DNA from: an uncultured Candidatus Saccharibacteria bacterium | GTDB lineage: Bacteria > Patescibacteriota > Minisyncoccia > Phycocordibacterales > DATDWN01 | DNA length: 64,000 nucleotides | Direction: 5' to 3' | NCBI GenBank assembly: GCA_964468795.1 | Contig: CAYXWL010000002.1 | Coordinates: 5,459 to 69,458 of the forward strand | Part shown: positions 28,032 through 37,619 of the stretch, piece by piece | Layout: each line of letters begins with the position of its first letter | Position numbering within the stretch: position 1 is the stretch's first letter | The notes under the pieces: generated by a model | What the model was told of the DNA's origin: nothing | Database searches by the model: none | What the model saw: only the letters and a program-made list of their open reading frames with translations | Program-made: the position numbers and the translations under genes

Positions 28032-29774
28032 TTATGCAGTGGCGCTTTGCTCTCTCCACAGAGCTGAATAAAGCCCCGGCATTTTAAGCAGTTCTTCGTT
28101 TGTCCCCTGCTCTGACAATTTTCCTCGCTCAAGCACAAATATTTTATCAGAGTGAATGACTGTTGAAAGCCTGTGCGCAATCATAATAGTCATGAGTTCA
28201 GGGCGATTTGCATTAATTTCTTTTATTGTCTGAGTAATCTCCCTCTCTGTCATAGTATCTAGACTTGAAGTTGCCTCGTCAAAGATAATTATTTCTGGGT
28301 CCCTTAGAAGAGCCCTGGCGATGGCAAGCCTCTGTCTTTCACCTCCAGAAAGCTTGAGGCCTCCCTCGCCGATTTTCGTATCCAGACCGTTTCCACCTCT
28401 TTCGATTATATTTTGTGCCGCTGAATGTTTTAGCGCAAGCTCACACTCCTCGTCAGTTGCACTAGGCTTTACGAACAGCAGATTGTCTCTAATCGTGCCA
28501 GCAAAGAGCTGTGTGTCCTGAGAAACATACCCGATCTTCTGATGCAGATTGTCGTAATCCACCTCGGAAGATTCTATGCCGTTAATAAGTATCTTGCCTT
28601 TTACAGGCTTATAAAGTCCGAGAATAAGCTTGATTACTGTTGTCTTTCCTGCACCAGAAGGACCGACAAACGCAACTGTTTCCCCTTTATCTATCTTGAA
28701 AGAAAGATCGTTTACAGAATTCTCGCCATTGTCTTTGTAGGAGAAGAGAACATTTTTAAATTCAATTGAATCAACAGTATCAACAATTTTTGGATTTTCC
28801 GGCTTTTTCTCCGGCTCCATATTCAATATATCCTGTAGCTTTTCCATGCTAGCCTTTGTCTCCTGATAAGAATTTGAAAGAACGCCAAGCTGGTAAAGTG
28901 GTTGGAATATAAAGAACTGGTAAATATACAGCGTAAAGTACTGACCGAACGTAATAGTTCTCTTGAATATGAGCCACATTAAAAGTAGCGATAGAGTTGC
29001 AGCAACTGCGTTTATTAGTGTGCCTTGAATAAAGCTTAGAGCTCTAATCAATTTAATTTTCTTGAGTTCCAGAGCAAGAATATCATCGTTTACTTTGTTC
29101 AATCTCTTCGTTTCCTGCAATTCAAGGCCAAGGCTTTTTACAAGCTCAACGTTCCTAAGCGTTTCTGTTGTAGATCCGGCAAGCGATGCTGTTTCTGTCA
29201 CAATCTGTCTCTGTGCGGTTTTAATCTTGTTGGAAAGGAAGAATTGGATAAATCCCATTGTCGGCAAAAGCAGAGCATAAAACAAACCGACAGCCCAAAA
29301 AACGTGGAAGGCATAACCTAGGACAAATATGATAGACACTGACGACAGAAACACTATCTGAACAAAATTAGTTATAAGGCCCTGCACATCCGTTCTGGCT
29401 TTTTGAAGCTTCAAAAGCAATTCGCCGGACCTTTGATCTTCAAAAGCGGAATACGGCAAAGAAAAAGAGTGCTCGATGCTTGCTGAATACAAATTTGCTC
29501 CCACTCGCTGAGTGATTATGCTTACATAGTAATCCTGAAAATTCTTTGCCACTCTGGAAATAAAGGCTACCAGCATAGACAAAAGCAAAAGCGATATTAC
29601 GCCTTTAAAAAATTCCTGCGATGGAATAGACAGAGCTTTTGAAGCATATTTATCAACGATTATTCTGAATATCTGAGGATCAAGCAGTGAAAAAACTTGG
29701 TTTATGGTTGCCAGAACCAGAGCCCCAGACAAAATTTTCTTATGTTTCTTAATATATTGCCAAAGTAAGTTCAT
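28032..29774 (-). CDS. ABC exporter, fused TMD-NBD
   Basis: GPSGAGKT, LSGGERQR, DEATSSLD. Confidence 0.95.
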   Translation of the reverse strand: MNLLWQYIKKHKKILSGALVLATINQVFSLLDPQIFRIIVDKYASKALSIPSQEFFKGVISLLLLSMLVAFISRVAKNFQDYYVSIITQRVGANLYSASIEHSFSLPYSAFEDQRSGELLLKLQKARTDVQGLITNFVQIVFLSSVSIIFVLGYAFHVFWAVGLFYALLLPTMGFIQFFLSNKIKTAQRQIVTETASLAGSTTETLRNVELVKSLGLELQETKRLNKVNDDILALELKKIKLIRALSFIQGTLINAVAATLSLLLMWLIFKRTITFGQYFTLYIYQFFIFQPLYQLGVLSNSYQETKASMEKLQDILNMEPEKKPENPKIVDTVDSIEFKNVLFSYKDNGENSVNDLSFKIDKGETVAFVGPSGAGKTTVIKLILGLYKPVKGKILINGIESSEVDYDNLHQKIGYVSQDTQLFAGTIRDNLLFVKPSATDEECELALKHSAAQNIIERGGNGLDTKIGEGGLKLSGGERQRLAIARALLRDPEIIIFDEATSSLDTMTEREITQTIKEINANRPELMTIMIAHRLSTVIHSDKIFVLERGKLSEQGTNEELLKMPGLYSALWREQSATA

Positions 29775-29891
29775 CCCGTTAGAAATCGAAAACTAAAGTT
29801 TTCTTAAATTAATTCTGATAATCATTGAAAAAAATTTCACCCAATTCCACATGCATTAAATCATTAAACGATAGTAGCAGATTAGACAAAG

Positions 29892-30542
29892 TTATGAAAG
29901 CTGGAACTCTTTTGATTCATCATCTCTCATCGAAACAAACTCTATGCCATTTTGCGATAGTACAGCCTCAGGCATTTTATGGAAAATGGCCACTTTATCG
30001 GACTGTATCATTCCGTCATGCACAGGAAATGCAAATTTAGGCTTTAACTTCAATGCATATCTGATTGAGTCGCCTATTTTGCACCATGGCCCTGCCACAG
30101 GGAGTGCCAGCACTGAAATCTCTTTCATTGGATCGCAAAAGGCGTCGCCCGGGTAAAATAATTCTCCTGCAATTAAATAGCCGGTATTCTGAACCTGTCC
30201 AATCTCTTCAAATATTTCTTCATGCTTATGATCAAATGCCTCTATGGAAAGCCCATCAATACTTTTGCTATCGTTCCCCTCCAAAACAGTATAGGCAATA
30301 TGGGCTTCATCCAGCTTTTTACCAACAGCGCTGTTTGTAAATATTTCCACTTGAGGATTATTTATTATAATTTTCTTTACAGAATCGGTATGCAAATGAT
30401 CTGCATGCTCGTGAGTAATAAGCACTATATCTATTCCAGAAATATTGTTTTGCTTATCTGTAAAAGCACCAGGATCTGTCAGTATCCTTTTGTATTTTGT
30501 TTCTATGAGAAGGCAACAATGTCCAATCTTTGTTATTTTCAT
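29892..30542 (-). CDS. Metallo-beta-lactamase fold hydrolase
   Basis: THEHADH, PGD, PVHD. Confidence 0.9.
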   Translation of the reverse strand: MKITKIGHCCLLIETKYKRILTDPGAFTDKQNNISGIDIVLITHEHADHLHTDSVKKIIINNPQVEIFTNSAVGKKLDEAHIAYTVLEGNDSKSIDGLSIEAFDHKHEEIFEEIGQVQNTGYLIAGELFYPGDAFCDPMKEISVLALPVAGPWCKIGDSIRYALKLKPKFAFPVHDGMIQSDKVAIFHKMPEAVLSQNGIEFVSMRDDESKEFQLS

Positions 30543-30704
30543 TCGGGTAGAAAATTAAATTTTTTAGTAAACTGACAGCCGGGTAATTTAAGTCATATAC
30601 TTTCAAATTATACCAAATCGAACAGTATTAGTTACAAGAAAACCCGGCTAGGCCGGATCTTCGTGCATGAAAACCGTTTTATATTCAAATAAACTTAAAT
30701 ATCA

Positions 30705-30956
30705 TTACCTGTTTCCTCCTCTATTTCCTCCGTCTTCACTTCCTTCTTCACCACCTTCTCCGCCTCCGAGAGCAGAAGCTACATCGGCACTATTTGTAAA
30801 CTGCCTGTTAGGCAAACCGTTTAGAGCATCAATTATCTCCTTTGGCGCCTTGTTGTTTTTTGCGTAACTTATGAGTTCCTGTTTTGTTGCAGGATAATCG
30901 GCGCCACCCAAACTCTTCTGAACATCTGCAGGATTCATAGTTTTTGTATCCGCCAT
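30705..30956 (-). CDS. DUF2795 protein
   Basis: LGGADYPATKQELI. Confidence 0.85.
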   Translation of the reverse strand: MADTKTMNPADVQKSLGGADYPATKQELISYAKNNKAPKEIIDALNGLPNRQFTNSADVASALGGGEGGEEGSEDGGNRGGNR

Positions 30957-31120
30957 ATATTTATTTTTATTTGGTTAATTTTAATTTCTGCACTATTAAA
31001 CCTAAACTGTCTTGTGCAGTACGTACACCATATCAGATACGCAATTAAAACCATGTGAAGCAATATAACATAAACAAAATACCCCCAATTGGGGGCATTT
31101 TGCTCCAATTATTACTACAA

Positions 31121-32323
31121 TTAAGGAATAAGTTTTATTACCTTGAGCTTTCCTCTTTCTAGAACAACTCCGGAAGATGAGATGGATAAATTTGAATCCT
31201 CTCTCATCGTTTCGCCATTTACTCGGATACCTCCTTGTTCCATGAGCTTTTTTGCCTCAGTTTTGCTTGAAACAAAGCCTACTTTTATAAGGGCATCCAC
31301 TAGAGAAATTTCTTCTGCACCCAGATTAAACTCTACAGCATTGTCTTTGTTCTTGTTTTGAAATCTCTCAATGAAATCATTCTGTGCTTCACTGGCACCA
31401 TCCTCCCCATGAAAAAGCTTAACGAGTTCGTGTGCCAGCTTCATTTTTGCATCCCGAGGAGGAAGTGAAAGTATTTCCTTAATTTCGTCTTTCGAAAGCA
31501 GTGTGCAATTTAGGAAAAGTATCTCCATCATTTCATCAGGCTGAGACATAATCTGTCCGTACATGTCTGAAGCCCCCGTATCCAGAAATACGCCAGTACC
31601 TTTGCTCTTTGACATTAGTTCCCCAGTCTTTGGGTTTTCCATCAAAGTCACTGCTACGACAAATTTTTCCTTGTTATTAATTCTCTTCTGCAAAGTTCTG
31701 CCGGCTAGCGCGTTAAAAGTCTGATCTGTTCCGCAAATTTCGACATCTACATCCATCATCGCCGAATCATAGCCTTGCATAAGCGGATAAAGGAATTCAT
31801 GCAAGAATATAGGTTTTCCTTCAGTCATCCTCTTTTGAAACATATCTCTCTCAAGCATTTGCTGTACAGTAAAGTTTGCAGAAAGCCCGATCAAGTCTTC
31901 CATCGAAAGTTTTGAAAGCCAGTCGTGATTGTACTTTATAATAGGAGGATTTTTCTCATCATCGAAATTCATCAGCGGGCGAATCAGGCTCTTCCACTTC
32001 TCCACATTCGCCATAACCTCTTCGCGAGTAAGCTGTTTTCGGGTTGAAGATTCTCCGGTCGGATCTCCTATCCTTGCTGTAAAATCCCCGAACAAGACTA
32101 TAGCCTCATGTCCCAGCTTTCGGAATTTTTCCAAAAGCATAATATTTTTTGCATGACTTAAATGCAAAGTCGGCGCTGTAGCATCAAACCCAATATAAAA
32201 CCTCATTCTCTCTCCCGAAGAAAGCTTCTCTATGAACTCTTTTTTAGTAGGAAGGACCTCAACAATTGTTCCTCTGTCCATTATTTCCTCAATTGCCTTC
32301 TTGTCCGTGATTACTTCTGACAT
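31121..32323 (-). CDS. tyrS: Tyrosine--tRNA ligase
   Basis: GFDATAPTLHLSH, YPLMQGYD, MSKS, C-terminal S4 domain. Confidence 0.95.
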   Translation of the reverse strand: MSEVITDKKAIEEIMDRGTIVEVLPTKKEFIEKLSSGERMRFYIGFDATAPTLHLSHAKNIMLLEKFRKLGHEAIVLFGDFTARIGDPTGESSTRKQLTREEVMANVEKWKSLIRPLMNFDDEKNPPIIKYNHDWLSKLSMEDLIGLSANFTVQQMLERDMFQKRMTEGKPIFLHEFLYPLMQGYDSAMMDVDVEICGTDQTFNALAGRTLQKRINNKEKFVVAVTLMENPKTGELMSKSKGTGVFLDTGASDMYGQIMSQPDEMMEILFLNCTLLSKDEIKEILSLPPRDAKMKLAHELVKLFHGEDGASEAQNDFIERFQNKNKDNAVEFNLGAEEISLVDALIKVGFVSSKTEAKKLMEQGGIRVNGETMREDSNLSISSSGVVLERGKLKVIKLIP

Positions 32324-32370
32324 GAAAATAATATACCAAAAATATGACCCGTTAGCCAGGTTGGCTGTTT

Positions 32371-32967
32371 TTAATGCAGGTTAAGTATGTTTTGAGCGAG
32401 CTCAGGAAACTCCGACTGGTTAAAATGCATCTTATCTTCAAATACTTTCATCTCTGCATTACGCAACGCCTTTGCGTATTTCTCGGCGTCTTCAAAAGGC
32501 ACCACAGGATCATCTTTGCTGTGATATATGAATATTTTTTCTACTTGCGAAGATACGTATTCTAAATTTTCTAAATCAAAACCTGCAAGATGATTTTCTT
32601 CCCTTGTACAATAAGGAGCAGCTAAAAGAATCAGGGCCTTAATCTTTTTTTGAGAATTATTTTCTGACAAGTACTTTGCCAGGAAAATCCCACCCAGAGA
32701 GTGTCCGACGAGTATGATGCCTTCATCCACCAAGCTCATAATTTTCTCAAACCAAATCTTCCACTCCGTATATTGCGCATTTTGCGAATTTGGCATCTGT
32801 GCCACAAACACATCGTAATCCTCACCTAATGCCGTTTGGAAATTTCCTTTCCACCCACCAGGCCTAAGCCTTTCCAACTTTGGTGTTTTACTTTTTAAGT
32901 CATTCAAATAAAGCTCATATGTATCGAACGCGTCTCCTCCGTTTATTATAAGTACTTGCTGTTTCAT
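32371..32967 (-). CDS. Alpha/beta hydrolase (YdeN/RBBP9-like)
   Basis: GHSLG, SKDDPVVP, HF. Confidence 0.88.
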   Translation of the reverse strand: MKQQVLIINGGDAFDTYELYLNDLKSKTPKLERLRPGGWKGNFQTALGEDYDVFVAQMPNSQNAQYTEWKIWFEKIMSLVDEGIILVGHSLGGIFLAKYLSENNSQKKIKALILLAAPYCTREENHLAGFDLENLEYVSSQVEKIFIYHSKDDPVVPFEDAEKYAKALRNAEMKVFEDKMHFNQSEFPELAQNILNLH

Positions 32968-33285
32968 TTATTTAAATTCAAATAATACTTTATTAAAATC
33001 AACTATTCTACCCTTTTCATCTACTTTTATCTTTTCCTTTTTATATAATTTTAATCTTTCTGATTTATGCTTTTCATCTGTCCAAACTTTTCCGTCTGCA
33101 TACACAATCCTGTGCCAAGGAATTTTCTTGTTGCCAGAAAGCCAAGCTTTATAAAGTATGGAGGTAATGCTCTGTGAAGCCATGGGACCCGCTCCCGCTG
33201 CTTTTGCTATCCTGCCGTATGTAGAAACTCTGCCTTTTGGAATTGATAAGGCTAGTTTTAAAACTCTGTCAGAAAATGTTTGCAT
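32968..33285 (-). CDS. Alkyltransferase-like (ATL/MGMT family) protein
   Basis: IPKGRVSTYGRIA and PWHRIV (Trp in place of the catalytic Cys). Confidence 0.88.
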   Translation of the reverse strand: MQTFSDRVLKLALSIPKGRVSTYGRIAKAAGAGPMASQSITSILYKAWLSGNKKIPWHRIVYADGKVWTDEKHKSERLKLYKKEKIKVDEKGRIVDFNKVLFEFK

Positions 33286-33286
33286 T

Positions 33287-34183
33287 TTATTTGAATACAA
33301 CTGATCCGCTGTCATACATTAAATCAATAACCAATTCTCCTTTTCCTGTGAAATGGTAAATCTGAAATTGACTAAGTAATTTTGTGAAATCTGATTCCTT
33401 TGAACCCTCGCAATACATAAGTGTTGTATAAGTATCGCTTATTTTTATTTTTCCTTTGCTTGCCGTGTATTTACCCCCAACATGGTTGCAGTCCGTAGTC
33501 GCAGTAAAAGTTCCATCTTTTTTAAACGAAATTGAAAACTTTTTGCTATCAAGGACTATTTTCTTGCCATCATTATATGTACCGCTCTGAAAGAACCATT
33601 GCTTCATGCTGAGCGTCATTTTGCTTGCATCAGCTTCTCCCTCAAAATTCTGGACAACTTCGCCCCATTCTAAATTTTTAGGATCCAAAAGAAGATACAA
33701 GCTCTTGCCCAAAGACGGCTGTGCTGTCATCGGTTCACCAGGCTTTCTGTCGGCATAATTGACAATCACTATTCTGTTGTCGCCGGAATTCGTAGTCTGC
33801 GGAGCAATCCTATCGCCTATAAAAACCGCATTTGTTCCGACATATCCATTTTCCTTATTTAGCGCTCCTACTAAATAATAAAACGTTCCGCTTCCTCCGG
33901 TTGTCTGGGTTATAAGGAAAGCAACATCTTCACGACCATCTCCATCAAGATCTTTCTTAATCTCATTTCCAAAGTATCTGGTTGTGATTTTTTCTGCTGA
34001 TCCAGGAGCGGATGGCTTTTCTGACACACCATTTACCAGCCTTATCTTCTCTCCAGAAATAATGTATTCGATATTTTTATAATCAGATTTTAAATATATT
34101 TCTTTTTCCCTCTTAATTAATAAATAGTATGCTCCGCCAAGCAAAATAATAAGTAATGATAAGTAAATGGCATATTTTTTCAT
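33287..34183 (-). CDS. Exported META domain protein
   Basis: GGSGTFYY; C-terminal DCN...TLMYC META pattern. Confidence 0.8.
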   Translation of the reverse strand: MKKYAIYLSLLIILLGGAYYLLIKREKEIYLKSDYKNIEYIISGEKIRLVNGVSEKPSAPGSAEKITTRYFGNEIKKDLDGDGREDVAFLITQTTGGSGTFYYLVGALNKENGYVGTNAVFIGDRIAPQTTNSGDNRIVIVNYADRKPGEPMTAQPSLGKSLYLLLDPKNLEWGEVVQNFEGEADASKMTLSMKQWFFQSGTYNDGKKIVLDSKKFSISFKKDGTFTATTDCNHVGGKYTASKGKIKISDTYTTLMYCEGSKESDFTKLLSQFQIYHFTGKGELVIDLMYDSGSVVFK

Positions 34184-34217
34184 AGCTTAATTATACCACC
34201 ATGGGCACAACGTCAAA

Positions 34218-34245
34218 CAAAAAGCCCGGCTAGCCGGGCTTTTTG
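34218..34245. terminator. Intrinsic terminator
   Basis: caaaaagcccggc-ta-gccgggctttttg. Confidence 0.8.
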
Positions 34246-34252
34246 TCTTTGT

Positions 34253-34615
34253 TTAGATTGTCTGTCGTCTTCGAATTCCCTCCTTGTCTTCGAGCATGTG
34301 GAAACCTGTGTTTACCAGAGCTAGTACGATTCCAAAGAAGAATGCTGACCAGAATCCTGATACATCAAACCCTGGAACTACTCTAGCCGCTAGCATTATA
34401 AGCAAGGCGTTTATCACGAGCGAGAACAGACCGAGCGTAAGGACATTTATAGGCATTGCTATAATGTTTACTACTGGCCTTATTAGAATGTTAATCAAAG
34501 CTATGACTATCGCCGCTATGATCGCTCCAGTAATCGTAACTGTTGCACCTGGAATAATGTAAGCGGTAATAATTATTGCTAAAGCCGATACCAATAAATG
34601 AATTACTGTTTTCAT
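34253..34615 (-). CDS. YvlD/'phage holin 4' family membrane protein
   Basis: NILIRP...PINVLTLGLFSLVINA. Confidence 0.88.
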   Translation of the reverse strand: MKTVIHLLVSALAIIITAYIIPGATVTITGAIIAAIVIALINILIRPVVNIIAMPINVLTLGLFSLVINALLIMLAARVVPGFDVSGFWSAFFFGIVLALVNTGFHMLEDKEGIRRRQTI

Positions 34616-34694
34616 AATTATTATTTATTTAAATAATAATACTTTCCAATTATATATATTTGACCTTAAATTAGGATGAACTGATTTTTGAAGC

Positions 34695-35144
34695 CTAGCT
34701 TATCAAGTTTTTAATTACATTAAGAGGAAATGAAACCAAGATTGTTCCGAGCAGGATCAAGGCTAGGCCAATTCCTGTCTGAACAGTGAAGCCTTCTCCT
34801 AAAATTATTACAGCAAGAATTGCAGTGAAAATAATCGAGAGCTTGTCTATAACCGTAACGGCAATGGTCGGCCCCCCAGAAAGTGCGTGATAAAAGAATA
34901 TCCACGACAAAGCTCCGCCTAGGCCGGACAGCACGACAAACAACCACTGCTTTGAGGACAAAGAGCTTAGTGACAAGTAAGATATCTTCCCCAAAGAGAC
35001 GGCTGCGACAAAAACAATTAAAGCCATGACAATGCCCCTTATCGCAGTAAGCAGATTTGGATCTACGCCTTTCAGCCCCATCTTTGCAAAAATAGTGCCC
35101 ATGCTTGCCATAACTGCTCCCAAAATTGCGTAAAGAATATACAT
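34695..35144 (-). CDS. EamA family transporter
   Basis: AKMGLKGVD, IDKLS. Confidence 0.88.
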   Translation of the reverse strand: MYILYAILGAVMASMGTIFAKMGLKGVDPNLLTAIRGIVMALIVFVAAVSLGKISYLSLSSLSSKQWLFVVLSGLGGALSWIFFYHALSGGPTIAVTVIDKLSIIFTAILAVIILGEGFTVQTGIGLALILLGTILVSFPLNVIKNLIS

Positions 35145-35148
35145 ATAA

Positions 35149-35562
35149 TTATCTCCAGATAGCCAAGATTATACCCATAACAGCAGAGCATATTGCGAAC
35201 GAAACATTATCAAACAACCATAGCTTCCAGGACTTGCCCATCCATATAACATCTATTGAGGTAGTGGTAAGAACATTACCTAACCAGAGCCAAAGTCCGA
35301 TTATCATGCCCTTGTACCAAGTCATTTCCCCTATTACAGCAGAGTACGACGATATCCAAATTGCTCCGCTAAGCACAAAAGCTTGCACAACATTTGAAAA
35401 ATAATTCCAAAACATCTGGGCTTTCATTTCGGACAATTTCTCATTGCCTGTTGGAGTAATTTTCGCCAGTCTCATCCAGACTTTTCCAAATAAAGGACCG
35501 TGAAAAAGAAAACCTATAACAAAACAAACTGCAGCAGAAATAAGTATTGGAAATATGCCCAT
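35149..35562 (-). CDS. DUF1761 family membrane protein
   Basis: GFLFHGPLFGKVW. Confidence 0.82.
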   Translation of the reverse strand: MGIFPILISAAVCFVIGFLFHGPLFGKVWMRLAKITPTGNEKLSEMKAQMFWNYFSNVVQAFVLSGAIWISSYSAVIGEMTWYKGMIIGLWLWLGNVLTTTSIDVIWMGKSWKLWLFDNVSFAICSAVMGIILAIWR

Positions 35563-35579
35563 AAAATTATATTTTGAAC

Positions 35580-36221
35580 CTAATTACACCTTCTATTATT
35601 AGCATTTCGTATAAGGAGCAGATCATCCATTGTAACCTGGCCATCAAAATCAACGTCTGTGTTAAATAAGCAAATTGCAGAAGTAGATCCTAGGCACAGC
35701 TGAGCATAACGTGCGTCTGCTGTATTAACAGATCTGTCATTATTTACATCATAAAGAAGAATATTGCCAGGGTCATTTGCCATAACAGTGACCCTATTAG
35801 AGTATTCAAGCTTCGTTTTTAGCAAATAAGACTGGCCATCTGGACATGTCTTGTACATATACATTCGCCAATTAGCAGGATCATTTGAAGGGTCCTTTGG
35901 CAAGGCTGATATATACCTACCAGAGACTAATCTATTCAAGCTTATGCCAGTGGCCCAGTTGCTAGAGCTTGGGAGATCTGTACATTTGACTGTTCCTCCG
36001 CTAGTAAAGCATTCATTTGAGGCAGTAACTGGATAAGAATTGTGATCAGAATAATATAGTTCAAGTGCCTGCTGGAAAGACTTTAGATCAAGTTTTCGTG
36101 AGGCATCTCTCTGCCTGACTCTGGCAAGCGACAAGCTGTTGTAGACGATTGATGATAATAGGCTAATTATAGAAATAACGACCAGTAGCTCTATTAACGT
36201 AAATCCTTTTGAATTTTTCAC
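35580..36221 (-). CDS. Type IV pilin/GspG-like protein with C-terminal dockerin-like domain
   Basis: GFTLIELLVV prepilin motif, ALELYY...YP, LPKDP; duplicated DVNNDRSVNTAD / DVDFDGQVTMDD loops. Confidence 0.85.
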   Translation of the reverse strand: MKNSKGFTLIELLVVISIISLLSSIVYNSLSLARVRQRDASRKLDLKSFQQALELYYSDHNSYPVTASNECFTSGGTVKCTDLPSSSNWATGISLNRLVSGRYISALPKDPSNDPANWRMYMYKTCPDGQSYLLKTKLEYSNRVTVMANDPGNILLYDVNNDRSVNTADARYAQLCLGSTSAICLFNTDVDFDGQVTMDDLLLIRNANNRRCN

Positions 36222-36366
36222 GGTAAGTGTAGATAATGAATATGCTTTTATATTAACAAATTAAAATATACGTGCCTAGTAAACTTATCCTTGTTTATCA
36301 TGTTTCTTTTTATTCAAAATCAATACATAGCAAAAAGTCTAAAAAAGTGTAATATTATGAGCACAT

Positions 36367-36440
36367 TGGGGGATCGTCTAACGGTAGGACATCAGGTTTT
36401 GGTCCTGAGTATCGGGGTTCGAGTCCCTGTCCCCCAGCCA
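36367..36440 (+). tRNA. tRNA-Gln (TTG)
   Basis: Cloverleaf: TGGGGGA/TCCCCCA acceptor, TCAGG-TT-TTG-GT-CCTGA anticodon arm, GTTCGA, encoded CCA. Confidence 0.97.
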
Positions 36441-36528
36441 GCTTGAGATAGTTTCGGACTCCGAGGAGGGTCGCGAAATGGCTCAAGTACCTATTCTGAC
36501 ATCGCATACCTGCTGAGCGCAGTATTCA

Positions 36529-36566
36529 AGAAAGAAAAAGCACCAAATTAGGTGCTTTTTCTTTCT
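36529..36566 (+). terminator. Intrinsic terminator
   Basis: agaaagaaaaagcacc-aaatta-ggtgctttttctttct. Confidence 0.85.
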
Positions 36567-36609
36567 CTTCAAAAATCAAGCTAAAACTGGTATAGTTTAG
36601 ATATTATTT

Positions 36610-37104
36610 ATGAAAATAAAATCTCAGTTCGCTGATAAGGAAGGAAAATTAGCAGAAGTTACATATGAAGATGCTAATTCATTTGATCATCTTTTAGACA
36701 AGAAAGTGACGCAAACATATGGTGTCTGTTTTGTCGAAAATAAAATAGTTATTGTTTACAGTATAAAAGGTGGTGGTCACTGGATTCTCCCAGGCGGAAG
36801 TATTGAAAAAGGAGAAACTTTTGAAGAATGTCTAAAAAGAGAAATTCGAGAAGAATCAAACATGGAGGTTATTTCTTTTGCTCCAATTGGGTATCAGGAA
36901 GTTCGCTTTGATGGAAAGATATTTAATCAATTACGCTATATTTGTATAGTGAAGCCTTATGGAGATTTTATTTCTGATCCGGACGGAAGTATTACTGAAA
37001 TAAAACTAATTGATCCAAAGGAATACAAACAATATTTTGATTGGGGTGAGATCGGAGAAAGAATTATAGAAAGAGCGATAGAACTTAAGAATAAATTAGT
37101 ATAA
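36610..37104 (+). CDS. Nudix hydrolase
   Basis: PGGSIEKGETFEECLKREIREES. Confidence 0.92.
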   Translation: MKIKSQFADKEGKLAEVTYEDANSFDHLLDKKVTQTYGVCFVENKIVIVYSIKGGGHWILPGGSIEKGETFEECLKREIREESNMEVISFAPIGYQEVRFDGKIFNQLRYICIVKPYGDFISDPDGSITEIKLIDPKEYKQYFDWGEIGERIIERAIELKNKLV

Positions 37105-37111
37105 TAAAATC

Positions 37112-37615
37112 ATGGAAATAAAATCTCAATTCAAAAGTCGTAATGGAGAAATGATTGATTATGTATACAGAGAAGGCTCTGATCCAATAGAAGGATTAGA
37201 AGGAAAAATTCTACAGGCCGTTCATGGCTTTTGTTTTTATGGAGATAAGTTAGTTGTGGTATATGCAGGCGACAAAGGTTACTGGACATTTCCTGGTGGA
37301 GGCATAGAACCAGGAGAAACATGGCAAGAAGCCACAGTTAGAGAAGTAAAAGAAGAATCAAATATGAAAGTGCTACATCAAGAATTGATTGGTTATATAG
37401 ATGTATATGAAAAAGATAGAATCATACGACAAACCAGATCACTCTGCATTGTCGAACCATATGGAGATTTTGTTTCTGACCCAGATGTAGATATCACAGA
37501 GATCAAGCTGGTTGACCCTAAAGATTATGGACAGTATGTAAAATGGGGTGAAATTGGAGATCATATTGTTAAACGAGCTTTAGAAATACGGAGCAAGTAT
37601 AATGGATTAATATAA
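37112..37615 (+). CDS. Nudix hydrolase (tandem paralog)
   Basis: PGGGIEPGETWQEATVREVKEES; shares PYGDFxSDPD and WGEIG with the upstream gene. Confidence 0.92.
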   Translation: MEIKSQFKSRNGEMIDYVYREGSDPIEGLEGKILQAVHGFCFYGDKLVVVYAGDKGYWTFPGGGIEPGETWQEATVREVKEESNMKVLHQELIGYIDVYEKDRIIRQTRSLCIVEPYGDFVSDPDVDITEIKLVDPKDYGQYVKWGEIGDHIVKRALEIRSKYNGLI

Positions 37616-37619
37616 TCAT

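Noticed and set aside
34253-34615. Prophage lysis gene
   Set aside because: YvlD-type proteins are common chromosomal membrane proteins, and there is no phage context
36441-36528. tRNA-associated HDV-like (theta) ribozyme
   Set aside because: A 7-bp stem with a first G-U pair is present, but no P3/L3 consensus, no GG for P1.1 and no pseudoknot were found
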